A DNA stretch of 64,000 nt from Chiayiivirga flava (GCF_014202825.1 NZ_JACHHP010000005.1:11818-75817), one strand, 5' to 3'. Shown: positions 1-10,483, counted from the stretch's first letter. Notes: generated from the sequence alone by a model not told the origin. Program-made: numbers and translations.

Positions 1-258
1 GAGGAACTCAAGGCCCGCGTCGCCAAGGCAGCGGAGCGCGCGGGCACAAGCCCGCACAGCTTCATACTCGAAGCCATTGCCGAGAAGGCCGAGCAGGCCG
101 AGCGCCGCGCGGATTTCCATGAGGAGGCCGAGCGTCGCTGGGCGGAGTTCCTCGAAACCGGCGAGAGCATTCCGTGGGAGGAGATGCGCCGCTACCTGAA
201 GGCCCGAGTGCGGGGCGAGCAAGCGCTACGCCCGGTGCCCCGCAAGCTCGCCACGTAG
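1..258 (+). CDS. Ribbon-helix-helix (CopG/ParD-like) antitoxin, 5'-truncated by window edge
   Basis: Frame +1 from nt 1 translates EELKARVAKAAERAGTSPHSFILEAIAEKAEQAERRADFHEEAERRWAEFLETGESIPWEEMRRYLKARVRGEQALRPVPRKLAT and stops at TAG 256-258. RHH-like N-terminus. The stop lies 1 nt before the toxin start. Confidence 0.55.
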   Translation, partial: EELKARVAKAAERAGTSPHSFILEAIAEKAEQAERRADFHEEAERRWAEFLETGESIPWEEMRRYLKARVRGEQALRPVPRKLAT

Positions 259-259
259 G

Positions 260-559
260 GTGGCCCGCGTCGAATTCCTGCCCCGCGTGCAGGATGACCT
301 GCAGCGCATCATCCGCCACCTGGAGCAGCATGAGGCCGAGCACATCGCGGACCGCCTTGGCGAGATCGTCAGCGCTTTCGATGTGCTGGTGGACAACCCC
401 ATGATCGGCCGCCCGCAGGGCGGCGAACTGCGCGAACTGGTGATCGGCCAGGGGGTGCGCGGCTACGTGGCGCTGTACCGCTATGTCGTCGCCCTGGACA
501 CCGTGTTCGTGGTGGCCATTCGCGCGCAACGCGAAGGGGGCTATGTCGACGATGCATGA
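260..559 (+). CDS. Type II toxin-antitoxin system RelE/ParE family toxin
   Basis: 99-aa ORF with GTG start at 260. The sequence MARVEFLPRVQDDLQRII...GYVALYRYVVALDTVFVVAIRAQRE resembles ParE/RelE toxins. It is directly preceded by the RHH antitoxin gene. Confidence 0.7.
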   Translation: MARVEFLPRVQDDLQRIIRHLEQHEAEHIADRLGEIVSAFDVLVDNPMIGRPQGGELRELVIGQGVRGYVALYRYVVALDTVFVVAIRAQREGGYVDDA

Positions 560-2900
560 GACCGAAGCCGACACCCGCGCCAACCGCATCGACCCCGTTC
601 TGCGCGAGGCCGGCTGGGGCGGGGTGGACGGCGCGCATGTCCACCGCGAGCTGATCTGCCCGGGGCGCATCCTCGGAGGCGGTCAACGCGGCAGTGCGCT
701 GTCGGCGGACTACGTGCTGAGCTATCGCGGACGCAAGCTGGCGGTGATCGAGGCCAAGCGCGCGGGCCTTGACCACACCACCGGCGTAGGTCAGGCCAAG
801 GACTATGCCGTGCGCCTGAAGGCGCGCTTCGCCTACGCCACCAACGGCCTCGGCTGGTACGGCATCGACATGCATACCGGCGCGGAGGGTGACATCGCCC
901 TGCCCTTTCCGTCGCCGGAGCAGCTCTGGCTTCGCTGTTTTCCCGAGGGCAACGACTGGCGCGAGCGCTTCGGCGCGGTGCCCTTCGAAACCGGCGGCGG
1001 CAAGTGGCAGCCGCGCTACTACCAGCACAATGCGATCACTGCGGTGCTGGAGGCCATCGCCCAGCAGCGCGAGCGCATCCTGCTGACGCTCGCCACCGGC
1101 ACCGGCAAGACCTCGATCGCCTTCCAGATTGCCTGGAAGCTGTTCCACGCGAAGTGGAACCTGAGCCGCGACCCGGTTCGCCGGCCGCGGATTCTGTTCC
1201 TGGCCGACCGCAACATCCTGGCCGATCAGGCCTTCAACGCCTTCAGCGCCTTTCCGCCGGATGCGCTGTGCCGCATCCGGCCGGAAGAGATCCGCCGGCG
1301 CGGCGGCGCGCCGCGCAATGCCAGCGTGTTCTTCACCATCTTCCAGACCTTCATGACCGGCGGCGGCGAGCCGGAGGGCGATGCCGGCGAGCCGCAGTTC
1401 ACCTTCGAAGGCTACGAGCCGGACTTCTTCGACTTCATCGTCATCGACGAATGCCACCGCGGCGGCGCCCACGACGAAAGCACCTGGCGCGGCATCCTCG
1501 AGTACTTCAAACCGGCCGTGCAGCTCGGTCTGACCGCCACGCCCAAGCGCGACGTCAATGCCGACACCTATGCCTACTTCGGTGAGCCGGTCTACAGCTA
1601 CGCGCTGAAGGAAGGCATCGGCGATGGCTTCCTGACGCCGTTCAAGGTGCGGCAGATGGCCTCGACCCTGGACGAATACACCTGGTCCGAAGGCGACACG
1701 GTGCTGGCCGGCGAGATCGATCGCGAGCGGACCTATACCGAAGCCGACTTCAACACCCGCCTGGTGATCGACCAGCGCGAGCAGAGCCGGGTGCAGGAGT
1801 TCATGGACCAGATCGACCAGCGGCAGAAGACCCTGGTGTTCTGCGCGACGCAGGAGCACGCCGCGCGGGTGCGCAACTTCATCAACCAGATCAAGGACCA
1901 CCCCGACCCGCACTACTGCGAGCGCGTCACCGCCGACGATGGCGAACTCGGCGAGCGCCATCTGCGCGAGTTCCAGGACAACGAGAAGACCCTGCCGACC
2001 ATCCTCACCACGTCGCAGAAGCTGTCCACCGGCGTCGATGCGCTGAACATCCGCAACATCGTGTTGCTGCGGCCCATCCGCTCCATGATCGAGTTCAAGC
2101 AGATCATCGGCCGCGGCACGCGCATCTTCGACGGCAAGGACTACTTCACCATCTACGACTTCGTGAAGGCCTACGAGCACTTCAACGACCCGGAGTGGGA
2201 CGGCGAGCCGCTGCCGCCGGAAGCGCCCGGCGAGCCGCGCTCGCCACGGGCGCCGCGCGGGGATGAGGGCGACGAACCGGATGGCCAGCCCGGCGGCGTC
2301 GGCGAGCCTCCGGCGCCGGAACGCGTGGTGGTGAGGCTCTCCGATGGCCGCGAGCGCAGCATCCGCTATATCGCCGCCACCACCTACTGGTCCACCGATG
2401 GTCGGATGATCACCGCCCAGGAGTTCATGCAGCAGCTGTTCGGCGATCTGGATGCGCTGGTCGCGGACGAGGACGAGCTGCGCGCGATCTGGAGCGACCC
2501 GGATCGCCGCGAGGCCTTCATCCAGCGCCTCACCGACCTCGGCTATGACGCCGAACGCCTGGACGACATGCGCCGGCTGATCGACGCGCCGAACAGCGAC
2601 ATCTTTGACGTGCTGGCCTATGTGCGCTTCACCCTCGCGCCGCTGGCCCGCTCACAGCGCGTGCGCGCGGCAAGCGCCACCGGGCTGGGCGGCTACGAGC
2701 GCGAGATTCGCTCCTTCCTCGAGTACGTGCTCGGCAACTACGAACGCAACGGCATCGGGGAACTGGCCAGTTCCCGCATCGGTGATCTCCTGCGCATCCG
2801 CTACGGTGGCGTGAATGATGCCAAACGGTTGTTAGGCGATGTCCCGCAAATCCGTCGCGCGTTCGTCGACATCCAGCGACATCTGTTCCGGCAGATCTAG
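543..2900 (+). CDS. hsdR: Type I restriction enzyme R subunit (HsdR, type IB EcoAI/EcoEI-like), orphan
   Basis: The N-terminus MSTMHETEADTRANRIDPVLREAGW is a canonical HsdR N-domain. DEAD/DEAH helicase motifs are present (TGTGKT, DECHRG, TATPKR). The C-terminus matches the EcoEI R C-terminal region (DIFDVLAYVRF...LLRIRYGG). ATG at 543 overlaps the ParE stop by 17 nt. No hsdM or hsdS is present in the window. Confidence 0.8.
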   Translation: MSTMHETEADTRANRIDPVLREAGWGGVDGAHVHRELICPGRILGGGQRGSALSADYVLSYRGRKLAVIEAKRAGLDHTTGVGQAKDYAVRLKARFAYATNGLGWYGIDMHTGAEGDIALPFPSPEQLWLRCFPEGNDWRERFGAVPFETGGGKWQPRYYQHNAITAVLEAIAQQRERILLTLATGTGKTSIAFQIAWKLFHAKWNLSRDPVRRPRILFLADRNILADQAFNAFSAFPPDALCRIRPEEIRRRGGAPRNASVFFTIFQTFMTGGGEPEGDAGEPQFTFEGYEPDFFDFIVIDECHRGGAHDESTWRGILEYFKPAVQLGLTATPKRDVNADTYAYFGEPVYSYALKEGIGDGFLTPFKVRQMASTLDEYTWSEGDTVLAGEIDRERTYTEADFNTRLVIDQREQSRVQEFMDQIDQRQKTLVFCATQEHAARVRNFINQIKDHPDPHYCERVTADDGELGERHLREFQDNEKTLPTILTTSQKLSTGVDALNIRNIVLLRPIRSMIEFKQIIGRGTRIFDGKDYFTIYDFVKAYEHFNDPEWDGEPLPPEAPGEPRSPRAPRGDEGDEPDGQPGGVGEPPAPERVVVRLSDGRERSIRYIAATTYWSTDGRMITAQEFMQQLFGDLDALVADEDELRAIWSDPDRREAFIQRLTDLGYDAERLDDMRRLIDAPNSDIFDVLAYVRFTLAPLARSQRVRAASATGLGGYEREIRSFLEYVLGNYERNGIGELASSRIGDLLRIRYGGVNDAKRLLGDVPQIRRAFVDIQRHLFRQI

Positions 2901-2948
2901 TAAGCGGTAGTCACATGCCGCTGACGATTTAGAGTTCCGATCCTGACT

Positions 2949-4037
2949 CTACACATTGAAGCGGAAGTGCAGCACGTCGCCTTCCTGCACGATGTATTCC
3001 TTGCCTTCGAGCCGCAGCCGGCCCGCTTCCTTGGCGCCGGCCTCGCCGCGGTACTTGATGTAATCGTCGTAGCCGATGGTTTCAGCGCGGATGAACCCCT
3101 TCTCGAAATCGGTGTGGATCACCGCGGCGGCCTGCGGGGCGGTGGCGCCTTTCTTCACCGTCCAGGCGCGCACTTCCTTCACGCCGGCGGTGAAATAGGT
3201 CTGCAGGCCGAGCAGCTTGTAGCCGGCGCGGATCACGCGATTGAGGCCCGGTTCGTCGAAGCCCATGTCGGCGAGGAACGCGTCGCGGTCGGCATCGTCG
3301 AGCTGCGACATTTCCTCTTCCATCGCCGCGCACACCGGCACCACTTCCGCGCCTTCCTCGATCGCGCGTGCGCGCACGCGGTCCAGGTGCGGGTTGTTCT
3401 CGAAGCCGTCGTCGTTGACGTTGGCCACGTACATCACGGGCTTGAGCGTGAGCAGGAACAGCTCGCGCAGCAGGCCCTTGTCGTCGGCGCTCAGGTCCAT
3501 CGAACGCGCGGGCTTGCCGGCATTCAGATGCTCGCGCACGCGCTTGAGCACCTCGGCGCGGACGATGGCGTCCTTGTCGCCGGTGCGGGCGGCGCGCTCG
3601 TAGCGGTTCAGCGCCTTCTCCACCGACTCGAGGTCGGCCAGCGCCAGTTCGGTGTCGATCGTCTCGATGTCCGCGATCGGATCGACCTTGTTGCTGACGT
3701 GGATCACGTCACCCTCGAAACAGCGCACCACGTGCGCGATGGCATCGGTTTCGCGGATATTGGCGAGGAACTTGTTGCCCAGGCCCTCGCCCTTGCTGGC
3801 ACCGGCCACGAGCCCGGCGATATCGACGAATTCCACGGCCGTGGGAATGATCTTCTGCGGCTTGACGATGTCGCCGAGCGCTGCAAGGCGCGGATCGGGC
3901 ACCGGCACCACGCCCACGTTCGGATCGATGGTGCAGAACGGGAAGTTGGCCGCCGCGATGCCGGCGCGGGTCAGCGCGTTGAAGAGGGTCGATTTGCCGA
4001 CGTTCGGCAGACCGACGATGCCGCATTTGATGCCCAT
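2949..4037 (-). CDS. ychF: Redox-regulated ATPase YchF (Obg-like GTPase family)
   Basis: 363 aa starting [23 protein letters not shown] with a P-loop. Ends in a TGS domain. The upstream part of the track ORF (ESRITNHESRI) is translation of a repeat and is not coding. Confidence 0.9.
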   Translation of the reverse strand: MGIKCGIVGLPNVGKSTLFNALTRAGIAAANFPFCTIDPNVGVVPVPDPRLAALGDIVKPQKIIPTAVEFVDIAGLVAGASKGEGLGNKFLANIRETDAIAHVVRCFEGDVIHVSNKVDPIADIETIDTELALADLESVEKALNRYERAARTGDKDAIVRAEVLKRVREHLNAGKPARSMDLSADDKGLLRELFLLTLKPVMYVANVNDDGFENNPHLDRVRARAIEEGAEVVPVCAAMEEEMSQLDDADRDAFLADMGFDEPGLNRVIRAGYKLLGLQTYFTAGVKEVRAWTVKKGATAPQAAAVIHTDFEKGFIRAETIGYDDYIKYRGEAGAKEAGRLRLEGKEYIVQEGDVLHFRFNV

Positions 4038-4051
4038 GGGGGTATGTCCGT

Positions 4052-4154
4052 CATTCGTGATTCGGGATTCGTGATTCGTCAAAGCAGGAGCGGAGCCGGA
4101 TCCGGAGCGGCGCGGCCGCTTTTCCAAATCACGGATCACGAATCCCGAATCACG
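4052..4154. repeat. Palindromic array of GATTCGT/GATTCGG heptamers (family D copy 1) between ychF and pth
   Basis: Left arm cattcgtgattcgggattcgtgattcgtc and right arm aatcacggatcacgaatcccgaatcacg are inverted copies. They flank a GC-rich loop that contains a ccggatccgg palindrome. The element overlaps the pth stop and the ychF start region. Confidence 0.7.
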
Positions 4155-4731
4155 CCTTCTGCGTGTGCAGCACCTTCATCGCTTCGTTGAAGTCGCCCCG
4201 CACCGCGAGCGGCAACATGTCCATCGCGTCGTCGATCGCGCGCAGGATGGAAATCTCGTCGTCGCGCCCGGGCCGTCCGAGCACCCACGGCGTAACCTTG
4301 TCCTTGTGGCCCGGATGGCCGATGCCCAGGCGCAGGCGGTGGAACCGGCCGTGCGACAGCTGCGCCATCGTGTCGCGCAGGCCGTTCTGGCCGCCGTGAC
4401 CGCCGTCGAACTTGAGCCGCGCCACGCCCGGTGGCAGGTCCAGTTCGTCGTGCGCCACGAGCATCTGCTCGGGTTCGATCTTCCAGTAGCGCAGCGCGCT
4501 GCCGATCGAGCGCCCGCTGGCATTCATGTAGGTGGCCGGCTTGAGCAGCCAGACCGCCGTGCCGTCGATCGTGGCCTTCGCGATCTCGCCGTGCAGCTTG
4601 CTGTCCATGCCGAACCGCGCGCCGAGCCGTTCGGCCAGCGCGTCGGCAAACCAGAACCCGGCGTTGTGCCGGGTCCGTGCGTGTTCGGACCCCGGATTGC
4701 CGAGGCCCACGATCAGGCGAAGCCCTGCCAT
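4150..4731 (-). CDS. pth: Peptidyl-tRNA hydrolase
   Basis: [28 protein letters not shown] matches the Pth N-terminus. Gene order is pth then ychF, as in E. coli. Confidence 0.9.
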   Translation of the reverse strand: MAGLRLIVGLGNPGSEHARTRHNAGFWFADALAERLGARFGMDSKLHGEIAKATIDGTAVWLLKPATYMNASGRSIGSALRYWKIEPEQMLVAHDELDLPPGVARLKFDGGHGGQNGLRDTMAQLSHGRFHRLRLGIGHPGHKDKVTPWVLGRPGRDDEISILRAIDDAMDMLPLAVRGDFNEAMKVLHTQKA

Positions 4732-4779
4732 CGGCAAGCAATCGCACCGCGCGCCGGTCCCGGCGCGCGGTGCGCTGCA

Positions 4780-5472
4780 TCACTTCTTCGGCGCGGGCTT
4801 GGCCGCGGGCGCGGCGGCGCCCGGCGCGGCCTTCGGCGCCGGCTGCTTGGTGGCGGGCACTTCGGCCGCGACCTCGGCTTCGGGCTCTTCCTCTTCCTTG
4901 ATCTGGCGCGCGATCACGACGGCGATGTCGTGTTCCTTGCCGAAGTTCAGGGCCGGAATCTCGACGCCCTTGGGCAGCTTGAGTTCGGAGAGGTGGATCA
5001 CGTCGCCTTCCTTGATCTGGGCGAGATCGACTTCGATGAACTCCGGCAGATCCTTCGGCAGGCACGAGATTTCGACTTCGTTGAGCTCGTGCATGACGAC
5101 CACGCCCGAGGTCTTGCCGGCCGGCGAGGTGTCCTGGTTGAGGAAGTGCAGCGGCACCGAGACGCGCAGCGCCTGGTTCTCGTTCACGCGCTGGAAGTCC
5201 AGGTGCATGATGCGCGGCTTGGCCGGGTGGCGCTGCATGTCGCGCAGCAGCACTTTCTGCACGTCGCCGTTGAGCGACAGATCGAGGATGGCCGCGTAGA
5301 ACCACTCGTGCTGGCTTGCGAGCCAGACGTCGTTGTGTTCGAGCTCGATGCTGACCGGCCCGAGATCTCCGCCGTAGACGACGGCCGGCACCTTGTCCTG
5401 ACGACGCAGGCGGCGGCTCGCACCTTTGCCCTGATCGTCGCGGCGTGCGACCTTGATTTCGTGAGTTGCCAT
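4780..5472 (-). CDS. rplY: 50S ribosomal protein L25 / general stress protein Ctc
   Basis: MATHEIKVARRDDQGKGASRRLRR matches the L25 N-terminus. A C-terminal low-complexity Ala/Pro/Lys tail is typical of Ctc-type L25. Confidence 0.9.
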   Translation of the reverse strand: MATHEIKVARRDDQGKGASRRLRRQDKVPAVVYGGDLGPVSIELEHNDVWLASQHEWFYAAILDLSLNGDVQKVLLRDMQRHPAKPRIMHLDFQRVNENQALRVSVPLHFLNQDTSPAGKTSGVVVMHELNEVEISCLPKDLPEFIEVDLAQIKEGDVIHLSELKLPKGVEIPALNFGKEHDIAVVIARQIKEEEEPEAEVAAEVPATKQPAPKAAPGAAAPAAKPAPKK

Positions 5473-5558
5473 GGTTGTTGCCTTCTGTTGCTGGGATGAC
5501 CGCCTCGCGGCGGCTTGGATGTCTCGTTCGCGACCAAACGAGACGGGGGTGAAGCCTT

Positions 5559-5641
5559 GTGATTCGTGATTCGTGATTCGGGATTCGGGATTAGTCAGCG
5601 CACGCTTCTACGAATCACCAATCCCGAATCGCGAATCCCGC
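5559..5641. repeat. GATTCGT heptamer palindromic array (family D copy 2) between prs and rplY
   Basis: Arm gtgattcgtgattcgtgattcgggattcgggatt, then a loop, then arm acgaatcaccaatcccgaatcgcgaatcccg. It is preceded by an 8-bp hairpin gtctcgtt-N8-aacgagac at 5521-5544. Confidence 0.7.
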
Positions 5642-5642
5642 G

Positions 5643-6629
5643 TCAATCCACGTACAACGAACTCACCGACTCGCCGAAGGCGATGCGCCGGATGGTTTCG
5701 GCGAGCAGTTCGGCCACGGAGAGCTGGCGGATCTTGCTGCAGGCCTTGGCCGCGTCGGTCAGCGGGATGGTGTCGGTGACGACCAGTTCGTCGAGCTGCG
5801 ATGCCTCCAGATTCGCGATGGCGGGGCCGGACAGCACCGGGTGGGTGCAGTACGCGACCACGCGCAGCGCGCCGTTCGCCTTCAGCGCCGCGCCCGCCGC
5901 GCACAGGGTGCCGGCGGTGTCGACGATGTCGTCGACCAGCACGCAGGTCTTGCCCGAGACGTCGCCGATGATGTTCATGACCGTGGCCACGTTCGCCTTC
6001 GGGCGGCGCTTGTCGATGATGGCGAGATCGGCGTCGTCGAGGCGCTTGGCGATGGCTCGCGCGCGCACCACGCCGCCGACGTCCGGCGACACCACGATCA
6101 GGTTGTCCGTGCCCTGCGCGCGCCAAACGTCGGCGAGCAGCAGCGGCGACGCGTACACGTTGTCGACCGGCATGTCGAAAAAGCCCTGGATCTGCTCGGC
6201 ATGCAGGTCCACCGTCAGCACGCGGTCGGCACCCACCGCATCGAACATCTTGGCCGCCACCTTGGCCGTGATCGCCACGCGCGCCGAGCGCGGACGGCGG
6301 TCCTGGCGCGCGTAACCGAAGTACGGCACCACCGCGGTGACGCTGCCGGCCGATGCGCGCTTGAGCGCGTCGATCAGCACCAGCAGTTCCATGAAATTTT
6401 CGGCCGTCGGCGCGCTGGTCGGCTGGATCACGAACACCTGCTGCTGGCGGACGTTTTCCTCGATCTCGACCTGCACCTCGCCATCGGAAAAGCGCGAGAC
6501 CAGCGCCTTGCCCATGCGGATGCCCAGCTCCCGGCAGACCGCGTGCGCGAGCGGGCGGTTGGCGTTGCCGGAGAAGACGAGCAGGCTGTCGGTATCCACG
6601 TCGCTGACCTTGGTGATGCCGGCAGGCAT
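5643..6629 (-). CDS. prs: Ribose-phosphate pyrophosphokinase
   Basis: Contains [46 protein letters not shown], which is diagnostic of Prs. The true start may instead be the in-frame GTG at about 6599 ([14 protein letters not shown]), which has an AAGG 8 nt upstream. Confidence 0.9.
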   Translation of the reverse strand: MPAGITKVSDVDTDSLLVFSGNANRPLAHAVCRELGIRMGKALVSRFSDGEVQVEIEENVRQQQVFVIQPTSAPTAENFMELLVLIDALKRASAGSVTAVVPYFGYARQDRRPRSARVAITAKVAAKMFDAVGADRVLTVDLHAEQIQGFFDMPVDNVYASPLLLADVWRAQGTDNLIVVSPDVGGVVRARAIAKRLDDADLAIIDKRRPKANVATVMNIIGDVSGKTCVLVDDIVDTAGTLCAAGAALKANGALRVVAYCTHPVLSGPAIANLEASQLDELVVTDTIPLTDAAKACSKIRQLSVAELLAETIRRIAFGESVSSLYVD

Positions 6630-6719
6630 CGCGGTGCTTGGAACACTGTTGCGGCAGGACCGGCGCCGTGCCGGTCCCGTGTTGCATCGCGAACGCCCGG
6701 GCGCGCGCGACGGTGCATC

Positions 6720-6794
6720 TGGCTGGGGCGGCAGGATTCGAACCTGCGGATGCCGGGATCAAAACCCGGTGCCTTACCGCTTGGCGACGCCCCA
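6720..6794 (-). tRNA. tRNA-Gln (anticodon TTG), CCA encoded
   Basis: The reverse complement TGGGGCGTCGCCAAGCGGTAAGGCACCGGGTTTTGATCCCGGCATCCGCAGGTTCGAATCCTGCCGCCCCAGCCA folds by hand into a canonical cloverleaf. The anticodon loop is TTTTGAT and the T-loop is GGTTCGAATCC. Confidence 0.85.
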
Positions 6795-6852
6795 GTGGAA
6801 TGGGTGCTGCTGTATGACGTGGAGCCTGCTGCCGTGCCGCGATCCGCCCGCC

Positions 6853-7731
6853 TCATGCATCCTGCAGCAGTGGCGAACGATCGATGCCCCGCGCAACCCG
6901 GACGCGCCAGCGCGGCGCCAGCGCATCGCACGCGGCCTGCGCCGCGACGGGGTTGTCGAAGGCAACGAACAGGCCGCCGCCCGTGCCGGTCACCTGCGCC
7001 TCGCCGAACGCCGAGAGCGCGTCGAGCGCCTCCGCGATGCGCGGATCGCGCCGACGCAGCACCGGCGCGAAGACATTGCCGCGCAGATGGCCTGAAACGA
7101 AGTCGGATATTGTCGCGGACGGCGCTTCGCGGGTCAAATCAGGCGCCTGGAACAGCGTTGCGGTGGGAACATGGACGCCGCTGTCGACCAGCAGGTACCA
7201 GCGTGGCGGCAGGTCCAGCGGGACCAGCCGTTCGCCCACGCCCTCGGCCCAGGCGCTGCGGCCGTGCACGAACACCGGCACGTCCGCGCCCAGCGCGAGG
7301 CCGATGGCGGCCAGCGCGTCGGGCCCGAGCCCGGTGTTCCAGCGCCGGTTCAGCATCACGAGCACGGTCGCGGCGTCCGAACTGCCGCCGCCGAAGCCGC
7401 CACCGGCCGGAATGCGCTTGGTGATCGCGATGTCGGCGCCAAGCGAGGTGCCCGTGGCGGCCTGCAGGGCGCGGGCGGCGCGCACGGTGAGGTCATGCTC
7501 GGGCGGGACGTCGTGCGGGCCGGCGGTGCGCACGATGCGACCGTCGTCGCGCACGCGCAGCGCGATGTCGTCGCCCCAGTCGAGCAGCTGGAACACGGTC
7601 TGCAGCAGGTGGTAGCCGTCCGGACGGCGACCGGTGATGTGCAGGAACAGGTTGAGCTTGGCCGGGGCCGGGTGGTGGGTCCACGCGGAGTCGTCGGGTC
7701 GGTGTGGCGGCGACGGGGCGTCGGACGGCAT
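6853..7731 (-). CDS. ispE: 4-(cytidine 5'-diphospho)-2-C-methyl-D-erythritol kinase
   Basis: Contains [27 protein letters not shown] and the GHMP kinase motif [14 protein letters not shown]. The 5' part of the track ORF runs into a REP element and is not coding. Confidence 0.85.
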   Translation of the reverse strand: MPSDAPSPPHRPDDSAWTHHPAPAKLNLFLHITGRRPDGYHLLQTVFQLLDWGDDIALRVRDDGRIVRTAGPHDVPPEHDLTVRAARALQAATGTSLGADIAITKRIPAGGGFGGGSSDAATVLVMLNRRWNTGLGPDALAAIGLALGADVPVFVHGRSAWAEGVGERLVPLDLPPRWYLLVDSGVHVPTATLFQAPDLTREAPSATISDFVSGHLRGNVFAPVLRRRDPRIAEALDALSAFGEAQVTGTGGGLFVAFDNPVAAQAACDALAPRWRVRVARGIDRSPLLQDA

Positions 7732-7827
7732 CGGATCAGACCTTGGGGTCGGCAGGCGCAGCGCACGACGTCGAAAACGGCGTCGACGCCTCAGACAGCT
7801 TCGCGAACCGCGGCAATGCACGAACAG

Positions 7828-8148
7828 CCCCTCGCCCCGCGGGAGAGGGGTTGGGGTGAGGGTTCGGGGCGAACGTGCCGGCACAACCTTGCGCGAGCCT
7901 GGCCGAGCGTATGAGGCCGCGCCACGTTTTGCCGCAAGACACCGAGGAATGACGAAGCGGGCAATGCGCTACACCTGCCCCGATCGAATCGGGGGGCCTC
8001 GCTTCGGCCGGACCCTCTCCCCAACCCCTCTCCCACGGGGAGAGGGGCTTTCCTGCATTGGGCTTGACATGGGTTTGGGGCAGATTTTGGCGCCTTGCTT
8101 CGGCCGAACCCTCTCCCCAACCCCTCTCCCGGGGGGAGAGGGGCTTTG
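7828..8148. repeat. Cluster of three family-B REP elements, one inverted plus a tandem pair (BIME-like)
   Basis: Copy at 7828-7870 is ccctcgccccgcgggagaggggttggggtgaggg. A direct tandem pair follows: 8003-8050 cttcggccggaccctctccccaacccctctcccacggggagaggggctttcc and 8096-8148 cttcggccgaaccctctccccaacccctctcccggggggagaggggctttgc, with period about 96 bp. These repeats yield the spurious [11 protein letters not shown] peptides in the ORF track. Confidence 0.7.
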
Positions 8149-8186
8149 CATGGTTGCCTGTGCGAGGGTGACCCGCAGGCGACACG

Positions 8187-8837
8187 TCAGTTCCAGCGAT
8201 CGACCAGCAGGCGGACGCGTTCATCGCCGCGCTGGGCGAAGACCTTCGTCGGCAGCAGCGGTGCGTCGTCGGACCACGCGCGGTAGTCGATGACCCAGCC
8301 GGCCTGGCGCAGGCGGGACAAGCGGCCGTCGGGCGCGAATTCCACGTCCGACGCACCCGCCGCACGCGCGCCGCGGACCCATGCGGCGAGGTCCGCCAGC
8401 GGGATCGTCCAGCCGGCGTGGTCGGCCAGCAGCGCTTCCGCGCTGTCGCCTTCGAACGGACCGCCATCCAGACCTTCGAGCCTTGCCCAGCCGTGTTCGC
8501 CGCTCAGACGCCAGCTGCGGCGCGTGACCGGCGCGCGCAGTTCGATGCGGTAGGTGTCGCCCGTCTGCACCCAGTCGATGCGGCCGCTGCCGCCGTCCTG
8601 CGCGTTCGAGACCGCGATGCGGCCGCTGAACGACCATGCGTCGTCGGCCACGAGCGTGGCCTCGCGCGCCGCCTGCCGCGCCAGCGCATTGCCGTCCGCG
8701 CCACCGGCCTCCCGCCGCGGAGCCGTGCCGCAGGCGGTCAGCAGCACGACCAGGGCGGCGAGCAGGACATGACGCCGCCGGATCCCGGGTTCTGCCCCTG
8801 CACGCACCGGCCCCGCACGACCTGCCCTCGGGGACAT
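8187..8837 (-). CDS. lolB: Outer-membrane lipoprotein LolB
   Basis: 216 aa beginning MSPRAGRAG...LAALVVLLTACGTAP with a lipobox. It lies in the conserved position next to ispE. The ATG overlaps the stop of the upstream TPR gene as ATGA. Confidence 0.8.
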   Translation of the reverse strand: MSPRAGRAGPVRAGAEPGIRRRHVLLAALVVLLTACGTAPRREAGGADGNALARQAAREATLVADDAWSFSGRIAVSNAQDGGSGRIDWVQTGDTYRIELRAPVTRRSWRLSGEHGWARLEGLDGGPFEGDSAEALLADHAGWTIPLADLAAWVRGARAAGASDVEFAPDGRLSRLRQAGWVIDYRAWSDDAPLLPTKVFAQRGDERVRLLVDRWN

Positions 8838-10483
8838 CACGACTGAAGCTTCCCGAGCGACTGTTTGAGCGCCCGGTTGTCCGGATCGATTTCCTGTCCC
8901 AGCCGCCAGATCGAGCGCGCCTCGTCCTTCTGCCCCAGCGCCCACAGCACCTCGCCCAGGTGCGCGGCCACCTCGGCATCGCGCTGCAGTTCGAACGCGC
9001 GGCGCAGGTGCGGCAGCGCTTCCTCGTTGCGGCCGAGGCGGTGCAGCACCCAGCCCATCGAGTCGATGATGGCCGGCGCGTCGGGCTGCAGTTCCAGTGC
9101 GCGCTGGATCAGGGCCAGCGCTTCCTCGTGGCGGTCGGTGCGATCGGCGAGGGTGTAGCCGAGTGCGTTGAGGAAGTCGGCGTTGTCCGGATCCTCCTCG
9201 ATCAGCTGGCGCAGGTCGTATTCGGCGTCGTCGATGCGGTCGAGCTTTTCGTAGGCAAGCGCGCGGGCGTAGAGCAGGTCCGGATCGCCTTCGAAAATGC
9301 CCAGGCCGCGGCCGTAGGCATCGAGCGCATCGGCCGGCTGGTTGCGCTGCAGGGCGAGCTCGGCTTCGAGCAGGTAGGCGTCGCGGACCACATCGCCGTA
9401 CTCGCTGTCGCTGGCCTGCAGTTCGTTGAGCCGCGCGACGGCATCCTCGTGCAGGCCCTTCTGGTCCAGCAGCACGGCGATGCGCAGCTGGGCCTGGTCG
9501 CGCTGCACGTCGCCGGGCACGCGGCCGTACCACTCCAGCGCGCGCTCGGGCAGCTTGAGCAGTTCGGCGAGTTGGCCGAGCAGGTACAGGCGTGCCGGGC
9601 TGGGGGCGTCGGTTCGCGCGGCGATGTCGTCGTACAGCGCCTGGATGGCGCCGCCGTCCTCGGCGCGCGACAGGTAGGCGGCGCGCCCGGCGAGTGTGGC
9701 ATCGTCCTGTTCGCCCTGCGCGAGCGCGGCGGCGGCGCCGGCGGGATCGCCGAGGGCGTCGAGCTGGGCGGCCGCAGCGAGGCGGGTGGGCGGATCCATC
9801 GGCCCCAGGGTCAGGGCCTTGGCGACGGCGGTGCGGGCGGCGTCCGCGTCGCCGCGACGCTGGGCGTTTTCCGCCTGCCACAGCCACGCACGTGGCTCGT
9901 TCGGAAAGCGCTCGATGGCGCGGCGGGCAAGTTCGGCGCCGAGCTCGGCCTGCTCCAGGCGCAAGGCGAGCCCGCCGAAGGCGAACCAGGCCTCGAGCTG
10001 GTCCGGAAGGCGATCGCCACGCACAAGCTCGCCGAGCACGTCGACGGTGATCGGCAGCCTGGCATTGGCCGCGAGCGCGGGAATCGCCGCGCGCCAGCCG
10101 TCCGGGCGCTGCAGCAACTCGCCGAGGTGCTTCAGCGCGTCGCGCCGGTCGCCCTGCTTCAGTGCCAGGCGCGCCTGCGCCGGCAGCAGTCCGGGCGCAT
10201 CCGGCGCGAGCTGCCGCCAGCGCCTGAGCGCGGCCTTGGCGGCGTCGATGTCGTCGGCGAGCAACGCGACCTGCAGCGCACGTTCGGCGAGCGCCGGATC
10301 CTTCGATGCCCGGGCCGCCTCGACATACGACTTCGCCGCATCGAGCGAGGCGCCCTCCTGCAGCGCGAACTCGCCCTGCAGCAGCGGCAGCAGGTCGGCA
10401 TCGTCGCGCGAGGCGGCCTGGGCGGCCGCGTGCGACGCGGCCAGCGCCAGCAGCAGGTAAACTAGGCAGGTTCGTACCATCAT
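8837..10483 (-). CDS. Tetratricopeptide-repeat protein (secreted)
   Basis: 548 aa with signal peptide [23 protein letters not shown] and repeated A/L-rich TPR-like helices. Transcribed divergently from hemA. Confidence 0.75.
   Translation of the reverse strand: MMVRTCLVYLLLALAASHAAAQAASRDDADLLPLLQGEFALQEGASLDAAKSYVEAARASKDPALAERALQVALLADDIDAAKAALRRWRQLAPDAPGLLPAQARLALKQGDRRDALKHLGELLQRPDGWRAAIPALAANARLPITVDVLGELVRGDRLPDQLEAWFAFGGLALRLEQAELGAELARRAIERFPNEPRAWLWQAENAQRRGDADAARTAVAKALTLGPMDPPTRLAAAAQLDALGDPAGAAAALAQGEQDDATLAGRAAYLSRAEDGGAIQALYDDIAARTDAPSPARLYLLGQLAELLKLPERALEWYGRVPGDVQRDQAQLRIAVLLDQKGLHEDAVARLNELQASDSEYGDVVRDAYLLEAELALQRNQPADALDAYGRGLGIFEGDPDLLYARALAYEKLDRIDDAEYDLRQLIEEDPDNADFLNALGYTLADRTDRHEEALALIQRALELQPDAPAIIDSMGWVLHRLGRNEEALPHLRRAFELQRDAEVAAHLGEVLWALGQKDEARSIWRLGQEIDPDNRALKQSLGKLQS

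Noticed and set aside
5608-6762. 384-aa minus-strand ORF overlapping prs
   Set aside because: Alternate frame of prs, Arg/Gly-rich with no recognisable domain.
7736-8467. 243-aa and other ORFs translating PLPRGEGL / [10 protein letters not shown] peptides
   Set aside because: These run through family-B REP palindromes. Identical pseudo-peptides recur wherever the repeat occurs.
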